Notes under the pieces: model-generated
Database searches by the model: none
Told to the model about the DNA's origin: nothing
What the model saw: the letters and a program-made list of their open reading frames with translations, nothing else
Assembly (NCBI GenBank): GCA_963752595.1
Contig: CAVVYZ010000001.1
Location: 160,001 to 224,000, forward strand
Direction of reading: 5' to 3'
Origin: an uncultured delta proteobacterium
GTDB taxonomy: Bacteria > Desulfobacterota > Desulfomonilia > UBA1062
DNA length: 64,000 nucleotides
Translations under genes and position numbers: made by a program
In this document: positions 10,268-19,948 of the stretch, piece by piece
Layout: each line of letters starts with the position of its first letter
Numbering within the stretch: the first letter of the stretch is position 1

Positions 10268-11574
10268 TTATATAGCCGATACCTGGTCGAGAACGGACAA
10301 GGCCCGCTGCGCCTGAGGAAAGAACAGCACCGTGGGTTTCGGGTTCGGGACCATGTTCATAGCTTTTTCCAGAGCTTCCTGCGGGGATCCTGCGGAGCTC
10401 ATGAACATCTTGTGCACTATGGCCGCATCGACGCTCGGTGTGGCCACCACGATACGGATGTCTTTCAGGAGGATCTTGCCCAGCAGGAGGGCGTGGTCCA
10501 TCTGGATCCGGTAATCGGTATTCAAGCGACGGATGACCTCTTCGATATCTTGCGCCCCCTCGTAGGGGATCAGCATGTCCTCCGTGCCGAGCCCGTCCCG
10601 GCAGGAGCAGTAGAGGACCAGAACCCCTCCCGGCGCCATGACCGGGGCCAGGGCGATGAGCGGCTTGACGGACTGGTAGAAATTGATGTTCAAGGGCCTG
10701 CCCGGCGTGGTGACGATGATGTCGGGCCGTGCCTTCAGCGAGATCTGACAGAATGACCTTATGAAGCCCACCGCTGCCTTGTGCGCCTCGTCCAGGTCGC
10801 CGGCGAAGATCCCAATCGTCTCCCCTGCCTGGTTCAGGACCAGGTTGACGGTGAAATGGATCTTCAGCATCCCGGCCGCTTCGACCATATCGAGGTGGAT
10901 CGGATTCTTCAGGAGCTGTCCCGGACGGGCTTCCGGCGACATAAGCATCTCAGGCCGGTGGTTGATCTCGATAGTTCTTTCGCCGGCGATTCCCGGCAGG
11001 ACCGATTTTCTTCCCCCCGAGAACCCGGCAAATTCATGCGGCTCGACTTTCCCCACCGATATTCTGAAGTCCGCGTCAAAGACGGCCTTTGAGACTTCGA
11101 CAGGCGTGCCGTATGAGGTCTTTCCGAGGGAAACGAGCAATCTTCGAGTCATAGGGATCATGGTTTATGACCGTGAGACCGGCGAGGTTCTCGCTGCCCA
11201 CGATGGTCTCTGATCTCGTCCTCTGTGGCCGGCCGGTGAACCCCTGTGGCAATGACCACCGTGATGTCGGCTTTCCGGATGCCGGCTTTTGAGAGCTCCT
11301 CCAGGATCATAGGCATGACTTTTGCGGTGGGAACACCCCGGGTCGAGTCGGATACGATGATGGCGACCCGACCAGCGCCCCGTGAAATGTCACGCAACGG
11401 CGATGTCCCCAGGGGAGATTGGAAGGCGGCACGGAAAGCTTGCGGCCAGTCGATGGCCGGCGGTTCCTCGAAGCCGATCAGTCCGAGGCATCGATCTCTG
11501 CCCACCGAGATCTCCACGTCCTCGATCCTGTCCCTATAAATGACTGTGGTTTCCTGCTCACGGATGGAATACAT
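10268..11574 (-). CDS. larA: LarA-family nickel-pincer-dependent 2-hydroxyacid racemase/epimerase; two +1 indels near 11205 and 11142
   Basis: SDSTRGVP, ATGVHRP, VINHDP, GTPV, EPHEFAGFSGGRKSVLPG, INH and NFYQSVK motifs. Confidence 0.9.
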
Positions 11575-11584
11575 GGTTGTACCT

Positions 11585-12109
11585 TTATTCCTCAATCTTC
11601 GCTTCTTCCATGGCCAGCGGCGGCAGTCCCTTGATGTCCCGGATGATGTGCATGAGGCCGTAGATCGTCATGAGGAAGAAGCTGACCGGGATCGCTGCAT
11701 AGGGGAGGGCGGTAGAGATACCCAGCGCAGGAGTAATCTGTTCCCAGGTGCTGACCACCAGCATGGACCCGGCCACCGTCACCACGCCCACGGTCATCGT
11801 CGCCAGATAGATCACGATCCTCCGGAGGAAATTCTGCAGTCTCTTGGGCATCATCTCACGGAAGATGGTGATGCCCAGGTGTCCGTTCCTCTTGTGCAGG
11901 ATGCTGGCGCTGAGCAGCGCGTACCAGACGATAGAGAAGCGGAGGAATTCCTCCGACCAGGTCAGGGCGCTGTTGAAGGCATATCGCCTGACCACGTGCA
12001 TCCAGGCGACGACGAGCATGACCGCGCAGATGACCATAGTTGCGTTAAGCGTGGTCTTTTCGACCACATCACAAAAACGTTCCAGCCTCGATTTTTCCAT
12101 TTTCAGCAT
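11585..12109 (-). CDS. dctQ: TRAP transporter small permease
   Basis: 4 TM helices; VVRRYAFNSALTWSEEF, HLGI and TPALGI motifs. Confidence 0.92.
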   Translation of the reverse strand: MLKMEKSRLERFCDVVEKTTLNATMVICAVMLVVAWMHVVRRYAFNSALTWSEEFLRFSIVWYALLSASILHKRNGHLGITIFREMMPKRLQNFLRRIVIYLATMTVGVVTVAGSMLVVSTWEQITPALGISTALPYAAIPVSFFLMTIYGLMHIIRDIKGLPPLAMEEAKIEE

Positions 12110-12222
12110 CTCCTTTGAATCGCCCCGTGTGTTTTCTTTTCATGTTCTGCTCATGTTGCGGCAATTCAATCAGAGGGAACGGGCCGGCTTTTTCTGCAAA
12201 CCCGCCCCCTCCTGTTCAAAGA

Positions 12223-13254
12223 CTAGAAACCTGCGTTCACATCCTTGTTCACGGCGGTAATTGCTGCGAGCCAGCTGTCGACAAACTTCTTGTCGGCGGT
12301 AGCCTTGATCTTCGCGACAACCACGGCCTGTGACTTCGCCCTCATCTTCTCTTTCCCGGCTGCGGATACATCGTTGACCTTCATGCCTTTTGAGGTCAGC
12401 TTGGCGATGATTGCATCCTCACGGGCCTTGTTGACGAACCGGCTGTAGTTCTGAGCCAGCACAGCGCCTTCCTTGACGATGCTCTGATATTCCTTCGGAA
12501 GCTTGTTGAACCACTTCAGATTTGCCACCAGCGGCATGGGATCGTAGATATGGCCGGTCAGCGAGGTGTACTTCTGCACTTCGTACATCTTCACTTCCCA
12601 GATATTGGCCAGAGGGTTTTCCTGGCCGTCCACGACCTTCTGCTGCATGGTCATGTAGAGCTCGGTCCAGGGCACCGGGGTGGGGTTGGCGCCGAGTGTT
12701 TTGAAATTCTCCATGTGCATGGGCGCTTCCATCGTCCGGATCTTGACGCCCTTCAGATCATCGGGACCGTTGATGGGCCGGACGTTGTTCGTCACATGGC
12801 GATAGCCGTTCTCGAGATAGGCCAGGCCTTTGAGCCCGATGTTTTCGCTGGAGCCGAGCAGGCTCTGACCCATGGGGCCGTCGAGGACGCCCCAGGCGAT
12901 CTCGTAGCTGTCGAAGGCAAACGGGATGTCCAGGACCATGAAGTTCCTGTTGAAGGTCGTGAGCGGGCCGGCCGAGGCTGTGGCCATCTCCAGAGAACCG
13001 CTTTTGACCTGCTCAACGGATTCCCGCTCGCCTCCGAGCTGGGAGTTGTAGTACAGGCCGACCTGGATTCCACCCTTGGTCTTTGTCTCGACATACTTCT
13101 TGAATGCCTGCATGCCGATGGACTGCGGATGGGTCGGAGAGTTGCAGAGCGAAACTCTTGCCTTGATGGGCGAAGCGGCGAAGACCATTCCCGAGAACAG
13201 GACGGTGCACGCTGCGACCAAGGCCACCATGGTCAGCCATTGACTCTTTTTCAT
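12223..13254 (-). CDS. dctP: TRAP transporter substrate-binding protein
   Basis: Signal peptide; SQLGGERE, ENGYRH, DLKGVKIRT (carboxylate-binding Arg) and VVDGQENP. Confidence 0.95.
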   Translation of the reverse strand: MKKSQWLTMVALVAACTVLFSGMVFAASPIKARVSLCNSPTHPQSIGMQAFKKYVETKTKGGIQVGLYYNSQLGGERESVEQVKSGSLEMATASAGPLTTFNRNFMVLDIPFAFDSYEIAWGVLDGPMGQSLLGSSENIGLKGLAYLENGYRHVTNNVRPINGPDDLKGVKIRTMEAPMHMENFKTLGANPTPVPWTELYMTMQQKVVDGQENPLANIWEVKMYEVQKYTSLTGHIYDPMPLVANLKWFNKLPKEYQSIVKEGAVLAQNYSRFVNKAREDAIIAKLTSKGMKVNDVSAAGKEKMRAKSQAVVVAKIKATADKKFVDSWLAAITAVNKDVNAGF

Positions 13255-13335
13255 AATCTTACCTCCGTAACGTTTTTTTATAGGTGTTGTTTATTCGCCG
13301 TATTCATAAAACGCTTCTTCTTCAGATCCATCCGG

Positions 13336-14616
13336 CTAATAGCCGAACATCCGCGGCAGCCACAGGGTCAGCGGCGGGAAGTAGGTCAGCAGGATGAGCA
13401 CGCCGATGCTGGCCACGATCATGGGCCAGCCCCCCTTGAAGGAATCCTCCACCGAGACCCCGGCCATGGGGCTCGTGACAAACAGGGTGATGCCGAAGGG
13501 CGGCGTGGCCAGGCCGATGACAAGGTTGACGCAGATGATGACGCCGATCTGGAGGGGATCCACGCCCAGGGCCCAGGCGATGGGCGCCAGGATCGGGCCC
13601 AGCACGATGACCGAGGCATAGTCGTCCATGAACATGCCGTTGATCAGCAGCATGACGTTGAGCAGCAGGAGAAAGGCCCAGAGCGGGACATTTCCCAGCG
13701 GCCCGCTGATGGCCTCGATGATCTGCTCGTTGGCGATGGCCCAGGCGGTCACCGTGGCGGCGCCGGCAAGGAGGATGACCAGGCCCGAGGTCAGCGCCGG
13801 TTTCCATGAAGATGGCGGGCAGGTCGCGCCATTTGACTTCCCGGGTAAAGAACATGACAGGGCGAAGGCATAGGCTGCCGCTGCTGCGGAGGCCTCGGTC
13901 ACGGTGAAGATGCCCCCGAAGATACCGCCCAGGATGATGACGGGGAGGAACAGCGCAGGCAGGGCCTTCTTGAACTGCACCCATTTCTCGGGCCACCCGA
14001 CCTTGTCGTGGTTCGGCAGCTTGTTCTTTTTGGCGATGAAGTAGATCACGAGCATCTGGGCGAAGGCGATCAGGAAGGCCGGGATGATGGCTGCCAGGAA
14101 GATCCCTGCAATGGAGGTACGGCCCACGGAGATGCAGTAGAGGATCATGAGGACGCTGGGGGGCATGATGGGCCCCAGCAGTGAGGCGCCGGCCATGACT
14201 CCCGAAGCGAACCCCGGCTTGTACCCCTCCTTTTTCATCATGGGGATGAGGAAGGACCCGAGCGATGCGGTCTCGGCCACGGCCAGGCCCACGATGGAAC
14301 CCATAAACAGGCACGTGCCCACGGTCACCAGGGCAAGTGCCCCCCGGACATGACCCACGAAGGCATTCACGAAATCGGTCAGGTCCTTCAGGATGCTCCC
14401 CTTGACCATGAGCTGCCCGGTGAGGATGAAGAAGGGGACAGCCAGGAGGGCAAACCCGTTCATGCCCTGGAACATCCGCTGGGGGATCAGGGTGAGCGGG
14501 TAATCTCCGACCAGAAGATAGACAAGCGAGCTGAGGATCAGGTTGAAGGCAATGGGAAACCCGACGATCAGCAGGGCGACGAAACAGACGATCAGGGCTA
14601 GTAGGGCCATGGACAT
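13336..14616 (-). CDS. dctM: TRAP transporter large permease (two compensating indels near 13860 and 13798)
   Basis: LLAVPFFILTG, IMPPS, GGIFTVTEA and IGLATPPFG; the out-of-frame segment reads MFFTREVKWRDLPAIFMET in the alternative frame. Confidence 0.93.
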   Translation of the reverse strand: MSMALLALIVCFVALLIVGFPIAFNLILSSLVYLLVGDYPLTLIPQRMFQGMNGFALLAVPFFILTGQLMVKGSILKDLTDFVNAFVGHVRGALALVTVGTCLFMGSIVGLAVAETASLGSFLIPMMKKEGYKPGFASGVMAGASLLGPIMPPSVLMILYCISVGRTSIAGIFLAAIIPAFLIAFAQMLVIYFIAKKNKLPNHDKVGWPEKWVQFKKALPALFLPVIILGGIFGGIFTVTEASAAAAAYAFALSCSLPGKSNGATCPPSSWKPALTSGLVILLAGAATVTAWAIANEQIIEAISGPLGNVPLWAFLLLLNVMLLINGMFMDDYASVIVLGPILAPIAWALGVDPLQIGVIICVNLVIGLATPPFGITLFVTSPMAGVSVEDSFKGGWPMIVASIGVLILLTYFPPLTLWLPRMFGY

Positions 14617-14797
14617 TGGTTGCTCCTCCTTAAGAATCAGGTTCTCTGTTGATCCAGAAGATCATCCTCTATTGACGGGGCCGATATGATGCCTCCGCCG
14701 GCCGCCTCTTTATGGTAATGGGCAGGTAAAGCCTTACGGAGCTCCTGCGGCAGGTTATTTCCGGAAGACCTGCGCAAGCGGATGCATAAGCTCAGGA

Positions 14798-15580
14798 TCA
14801 CGTGCTGCTCCTCTCATTCCTCTGGGTACTCCCCAGTGTCAGGGAAATATTCTTTGCGGCGTGCAGGACAGCCTTGATGCATTTAGCCCGTTCCACTTCA
14901 GAAAAACGGAAAATCGGCCCGCTGATGCAGAGGCTCGCTATGATTTTCCCCCCGCTTCCCATGACGGGGGCTACCACCGAATAAGTCCCATCCTCCCTCT
15001 CTCCGACACTGACCGCATAACCGTCCAGCCGGATTTTCTCCAGGTCTGCCTCAAGTTCCACCGGGTCCGTGATGGTATTATGGGTGTATTTTTCCAGAGA
15101 TCCGCTGCAGACGATTTTCTTCCGGGCTTTTTCAGGGAGATAGGCAAGGAGCACTTTGCCGGATGCACCGCAGTGGAGCGGGAGGATCTTCCCTACCTGC
15201 GTGACCTTGGCAACGCCGAAACGGCTTTTCACCGCCTCGGCACAGATCCTGTTCCCCTCGCCGGGGATATACAGGGTGACTTCCTCGCCGCAGTCATCCC
15301 TGAGCTTCTCCATGATCGGCCGAGCCAGGTCGACGATGCTTGTCTCCTGTGACAGGACATTCTTCCACTGGTGGAACTTTATCCCGCCGAGCCGGTACTT
15401 CCCGCTGTGAGGGTCGCGCTCCATGCACATCTTCTTTTCCAGTGTGGCCAGGATGCGGGATACGGTGCTCTGGTTGAGACCGGTCATGACACTGATCTCC
15501 GAGACGGTGAGGGAGGGCGAATCGATAGTGAAGCAGGATAGGATGTCAACGGCCTTTTCAATGGATTTAATATTCTTCAC
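14798..15580 (-). CDS. IclR-family transcriptional regulator
   Basis: KSIEKAVDIL..SEIS..TGLNQSTVSRILATL HTH; PLHCGASGKVLLA; GYAVS.GERE. Likely start GTG 15580 after AGGGGAGG. Confidence 0.94.
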   Translation of the reverse strand: MKNIKSIEKAVDILSCFTIDSPSLTVSEISVMTGLNQSTVSRILATLEKKMCMERDPHSGKYRLGGIKFHQWKNVLSQETSIVDLARPIMEKLRDDCGEEVTLYIPGEGNRICAEAVKSRFGVAKVTQVGKILPLHCGASGKVLLAYLPEKARKKIVCSGSLEKYTHNTITDPVELEADLEKIRLDGYAVSVGEREDGTYSVVAPVMGSGGKIIASLCISGPIFRFSEVERAKCIKAVLHAAKNISLTLGSTQRNERSST

Positions 15581-15593
15581 CGGCCTCCCCTTG

Positions 15594-15622
15594 CACATTG
15601 TGCATGAAACATGCACAATGTG
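15594..15622. promoter_or_regulatory. Putative IclR operator (perfect 13-3-13 palindrome) downstream of a sigma70-type promoter
   Basis: CACATTGTGCATG-AAA-CATGCACAATGTG; TTGACA at 15651-15656 on the minus strand. Confidence 0.75.
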
Positions 15623-15866
15623 ATTACAATATCACTCCATTCCTTTCTTCTGTCAAGCGTATTTTTCACAAATCAATTTTTTTCATAATTAAGCTCCTCC
15701 CAAGGCGCCTGATGTGAAGTAAAAACGGCAGGAAGCGAGATATCTCATTCCGGAAAATGCTGAGGCAAGGAAAAGGCTTATATAAAAATGAATTTTTTAA
15801 TTTGCCTTAAGCAGCAAAGTTTCATTAATGTCCGGCATCAAGGAAATTCTACACAGGAGAAGCATT

Positions 15867-16859
15867 ATGAAAATAGCTGTTTTATTTGGGGGGCCTAGCC
15901 CCGAGCGTGATGTTTCCATTGCAAGCGGAGCTCAGGTGATCAAATCTCTACGTGCAGACGGGCATGAGGTCGTTGCTGTAGACATATCCGTTGGTATACT
16001 GGGACCACAGGAAGAAGATCGAATATTCAATACCGCTCTTTCCGATACCCCTCCGGCATATGATAGAGGTGCTTCGATTATTTCAACTTTGTACGGCGTC
16101 ATTTCTACTTTAAAAGATGTAGACCTATACTTTCTGGCGCTCCATGGAGTCCCCGGCGAGGATGGCAGCATTCAGGCCTTTCTCGACCTTTCCGGCCTGC
16201 ATTACACCGGCAACGGCATGAAGGGGAGTGCAGTAGCCATGGACAAAGATCTCAGCAAGCGCTTGTTCAGGTTTGCAGATATTCCAACCCCTGATTGGGA
16301 CCTGTTGTCTTCGCCGTCGTCTGTACCGGCTTATTCTATTGAGTACCCTGTCGTTGTAAAACCAAATAACCAAGGTTCCACCATCGGTCTTTCAGTTGTA
16401 AAGGAGCCCCGTCTCTTAAAAGACGCTATAGCCGAAGCCTTCAAGTACGATAACGAAGTGATTATCGAGCGTTATGTTCAAGGACGGGAGTTCACCGTAG
16501 GAATGCTGGATGACACGCCTTTAACGGTTGGTGAGATTATCCCGCGATACGGTCAGGTTTTTAATTACGAAAGCAAATATCAGCCAGGCGGCGCAACAGA
16601 AATATTCCCTGCCGAACTGGATGATCATCAAACCACTGCGCTGAAGGCATTAGCACTCAAGGCACACAAGGCTTTAAAATTAAGAGACTATAGTCGAGTT
16701 GATTTCATGATGGATGCGGATGGCCGTTTCTGGTGCCTGGAAGTGAATACACTCCCCGGCATGACGGCAACGAGTCTTTTGCCTCAGTCTGCAAATGGTG
16801 TGGGAATCGATTTTTCTTCTTTGTGCCGGAAAATATGTGAAACATCCCAAAAGCCTTAA
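15867..16859 (+). CDS. ddl: D-alanine--D-alanine ligase
   Basis: GGPSPERDVSIASG, LHGVPGEDG, AMDK, KPNNQGST, YESKY and LEVNTLPGMT. Confidence 0.93.
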   Translation: MKIAVLFGGPSPERDVSIASGAQVIKSLRADGHEVVAVDISVGILGPQEEDRIFNTALSDTPPAYDRGASIISTLYGVISTLKDVDLYFLALHGVPGEDGSIQAFLDLSGLHYTGNGMKGSAVAMDKDLSKRLFRFADIPTPDWDLLSSPSSVPAYSIEYPVVVKPNNQGSTIGLSVVKEPRLLKDAIAEAFKYDNEVIIERYVQGREFTVGMLDDTPLTVGEIIPRYGQVFNYESKYQPGGATEIFPAELDDHQTTALKALALKAHKALKLRDYSRVDFMMDADGRFWCLEVNTLPGMTATSLLPQSANGVGIDFSSLCRKICETSQKP

Positions 16860-17036
16860 CGAAAATATTCAAATGCGAAAATATTGATATTGCTGAGAGA
16901 TTGGGTTATACAGCAAAAAAGGGCAAAAGATAACCGCCATTCAAGAATCGGCGATTAATCCCCGATATGTGCTCCATATGTAATGCAATATTGGGCTTAC
17001 AAAGTTGATATTATTATGGAAAGGAGAAGTACTGTC

Positions 17037-17489
17037 ATGAAGTGGAGGATCATACCTGTGCTCATCGCTATTCTGTTTATAGGTATTGCCGCATCCGGTC
17101 CTACCCGACTCTCCGCATCCTCCGGGAGGGCTGGCGACGTGATCGTGATATGCAATGATTCCGTACCTGCCGGTTCGTTGAGCAGGGACAATATCCAGGA
17201 GATGTTCCTGGGCAGAAAGACCCGGTGGGGCGACGGTCAGAAAATCACTCTTTCACTCCTGAAGGACAGCGAGGCAAACGATGTTTTCCTGGAAGAATAT
17301 GTCGAGAAAACGCCGCCGCAGTTCAGGGACTACTGGAAGAAGCAGGCATTTACCGGCAGGGGAAGAGTCCCGGACACTTTTGCAACCCCCCAGGAAATTA
17401 TTGAATTCGTCACGAATACTCCTGGCGCCATAGGGTATATCCCGGCTAGCGCATACCAGAGCCGGGTGAAGAGCATTACGATTGAGTAG
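17037..17489 (+). CDS. Small exported PBP2/phosphate-binding-like protein
   Basis: Signal peptide; IQEMFLGRKTRW, YWKKQAFTGRG..P and VTNTPGAIGYI typical of this family. Confidence 0.75.
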   Translation: MKWRIIPVLIAILFIGIAASGPTRLSASSGRAGDVIVICNDSVPAGSLSRDNIQEMFLGRKTRWGDGQKITLSLLKDSEANDVFLEEYVEKTPPQFRDYWKKQAFTGRGRVPDTFATPQEIIEFVTNTPGAIGYIPASAYQSRVKSITIE

Positions 17490-17499
17490 GAGGCAGGGC

Positions 17500-18906
17500 A
17501 TGAAAAATCTGATGAGAGTGATATTCATTTTGACCGTATTGACAGCGGTTCAAGGATTCGGGTGTATTTACGCCTACGAATATAAAGGGTTAGATATCCG
17601 GGGGTTCATCTCCCAGGGGTATCTGCAGAGCAGCGACAACAATTTTTTTGCTGAGACAGAAGACGGCACCACCCAGTTCAATGAGGCAGGCATCAACTTC
17701 TCTGCCGATGTATCCGACAAGCTCCGTCTCGGCATGCAGTTCCTTGCACGGGACTTAGGCTCCATAGGGAACAACGAAGTGCTCCTGGACTGGGCAGTTG
17801 CCGACTACCACTGGAGGGATGAGATGGGCTTCAGGGTAGGCAACATGAAGTTCGTCCACGGCCTCTACAACGAGACCCGCGACCTCGACATGCTCCGTAC
17901 CTTCGTATTCCTGCCCCAGAGCGTTTACAATGAGGCGTGGAGGGAATCGAGCGCATCCATCCAGGGCGCAGGGTTGTATGGAGACATTCCTTTGAGCGAT
18001 ATAGGCTCTCTGAACTACGACGTGCAGTACGGCACGATCAACATTTCCAACGACAAGGGTGCTGCCCGTCTGCTCGAAGACCAGTGGCCGTTCAGAAGCC
18101 TCGGGATGACGATCGATGTCGATAACATCGATGTAAAGCATACCTATGCAGGGAGTGTAAAGTGGATCACGAACCTGGAAGGGCTCGTGCTCGGCACATC
18201 CACGTATGGTTACTCCTTTGATTCGGAATGTACGACGATGCTTGATTCGGCAACACTCATTGCTGTAGGTCAGGCTCTGGGCGATGATGGACAAGCCCTT
18301 GCAAGTCTAGGGGCCGGCCTGAATACATTCGGGACACAGCTCACTGTTCCCAAAAGCAGTTTCGACGCAGATGCCGCTGCATACACCGCATCAATGGAGT
18401 TCACCTGGAGAAACCTGGTGCTTGCAGCTGAATATATGAGAACAACGTATGAGCTTGAACTCAAAAATGAATTGTTCAGAAACACCGGGGTATTCAATCC
18501 ATCCCTGGTAGCTGCAGGTGTTAATGTTGGAACCGACGGTACGGTGAAGATAGATAAATTCACTTCGGAGGGCTATTATACAAGCCTTGCCTACCGGTTC
18601 ACCCCCTGGTTCGAGCTGGGGACGTATTACTCGATTTACTATGCCAACAAGAGCGACAAAAACGGAACCGAACGCGTAGCCAAGGGTCTTGATACCGAAA
18701 AGTATCGGGCCTGGCTCAAAGACTGGTGCCTCACCACGCGGTTCGACGTGAGCGAAAACTGGATATTCAAGCTCGAAGGCCATAAGATGGACGGGGCAGC
18801 GATCCTGCTGGGGGCTGACAATCCGCCCGTGCCTGAAGGTTCGACTGATAAGCGCTACGAAGAAGACTGGTATCTCTACGCAGCAAAGGCGAGCTACAAC
18901 TTCTAG
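17500..18906 (+). CDS. Outer-membrane beta-barrel (porin-like) protein
   Basis: Signal peptide, GFISQGY, LDWAVADY, GLYNETRD..LPQSVY, alternating beta strands and C-terminal SYNF. Confidence 0.8.
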   Translation: MKNLMRVIFILTVLTAVQGFGCIYAYEYKGLDIRGFISQGYLQSSDNNFFAETEDGTTQFNEAGINFSADVSDKLRLGMQFLARDLGSIGNNEVLLDWAVADYHWRDEMGFRVGNMKFVHGLYNETRDLDMLRTFVFLPQSVYNEAWRESSASIQGAGLYGDIPLSDIGSLNYDVQYGTINISNDKGAARLLEDQWPFRSLGMTIDVDNIDVKHTYAGSVKWITNLEGLVLGTSTYGYSFDSECTTMLDSATLIAVGQALGDDGQALASLGAGLNTFGTQLTVPKSSFDADAAAYTASMEFTWRNLVLAAEYMRTTYELELKNELFRNTGVFNPSLVAAGVNVGTDGTVKIDKFTSEGYYTSLAYRFTPWFELGTYYSIYYANKSDKNGTERVAKGLDTEKYRAWLKDWCLTTRFDVSENWIFKLEGHKMDGAAILLGADNPPVPEGSTDKRYEEDWYLYAAKASYNF

Positions 18907-18921
18907 AGCCTCTTACTGACA

Positions 18922-18973
18922 AGGCAAACAAAAAGGCCGGCTTGGGTCGTCCAGCCGGCCTTTTTGTTTGCCT
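18922..18973 (+). terminator. Bidirectional rho-independent terminator
   Basis: AGGCAAACAAAAAGGCCGGCT...AGCCGGCCTTTTTGTTTGCCT long inverted repeat with A/T tracts. Confidence 0.9.
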
Positions 18974-19176
18974 GTTTCACCGGCTTGGCCTCAACGATTT
19001 GGGATGCATGATTATTGATCTCCGGAACAACGCCTGCCTTCTTAAGATTTGCCTTTTGAATGACGATATTCACCAGTAATGATTACATCCGTCATAAAAT
19101 TTCATGACCAGAGAAAGAACGCCCCTGCGGCTGCACGGCACATGCTGAATGATCCTCTTATGCAGAAGGGATCGGC

Positions 19177-19875
19177 ATGAAGACCATCGCTATCCGCTAC
19201 TGCTTTACCTTCGGTGATGGAAGCCAGGAGATCATCAATCTGAAGCTTCATCCCAATTCGCTCCTGCTGCTGAACGATCCTCCGCAGGAGTTGCCTTCCT
19301 GGACAGCGCTCGGGTATCACCAGTGCCCCAATTGCCCCCTTCCCTATGAAAGATATCCCCACTGCCCCCTGGCAATCCACCTGGTGAATTCTGTGAATCA
19401 GTTCAGGGGCAAGCTTTCATTCCATGAGATTCACCTCAATGTCGTCACCCAGGAGCGGATATTCTCACAACTTACCACGCTCCAGAATGCCCTGAGCTCA
19501 CTGATGGGGCTCACCTCCGCAACATGCGGTTGCCCGCTCACCGCACCGTTTCGTCCCATGGCGCGGTTTCATCTGCCGCTTGCAACCCATGAAGAGACCG
19601 TGTACCGGGCGGCTTCCATGTATCTCCTGGCCCAGTATTTCGAGAAGGACAAAAACCGGGATGCCGACCTCGAACTCGCAGGTCTCATGAAGATCTACCA
19701 GGATATCCACCTGGTCAATACTTCCTTTGCGATGCGTCTCAAGGATGCTTCGGATGTCGAGTCCACATTGGATGCCATGATCCTTCTGGATTCCTTTGCC
19801 AAGGTATTGCCGGGCCAGATTGAAACCTCCCTGGGCTGCATCAGGTACCTTTTTGATCAGAACCGGCACCGCTAG
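19177..19875 (+). CDS. Conserved hypothetical Cys-rich protein (DUF6901-like)
   Basis: PSWTAL..HQCPNCPL...HCP, ATCGCP, RPMARFHLPLA..EETVYRA.SMYLLAQYF. Confidence 0.7.
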   Translation: MKTIAIRYCFTFGDGSQEIINLKLHPNSLLLLNDPPQELPSWTALGYHQCPNCPLPYERYPHCPLAIHLVNSVNQFRGKLSFHEIHLNVVTQERIFSQLTTLQNALSSLMGLTSATCGCPLTAPFRPMARFHLPLATHEETVYRAASMYLLAQYFEKDKNRDADLELAGLMKIYQDIHLVNTSFAMRLKDASDVESTLDAMILLDSFAKVLPGQIETSLGCIRYLFDQNRHR

Positions 19876-19948
19876 GAAGAAAACCATCCTTGTGGAAATC
19901 AGCAGGGATATCAGTGTTTCCCCCCGCAGGGCTTCATGAAAAAAATGC

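Noticed and set aside
12550-13809. Long antisense ORFs (this one, 20960-22204, 40595-41638, 36763-37800 and others)
   Set aside because: They are shadows of GC-rich coding genes on the opposite strand, with no RBS or recognisable motifs.
7230-13865. Programmed frameshifting or phase variation in the LarA operon
   Set aside because: The indels are mixed +1/-1 in runs of only 2-4 bases with no slippery heptamers or long repeats; assembly error is simpler.
15867-16859. VanA/B-type D-Ala-D-Lac resistance ligase together with the D-hydroxyacid dehydrogenase
   Set aside because: The omega loop has YESKY typical of D-Ala-D-Ala ligases; no vanX/vanRS; the dehydrogenase belongs to a different operon.
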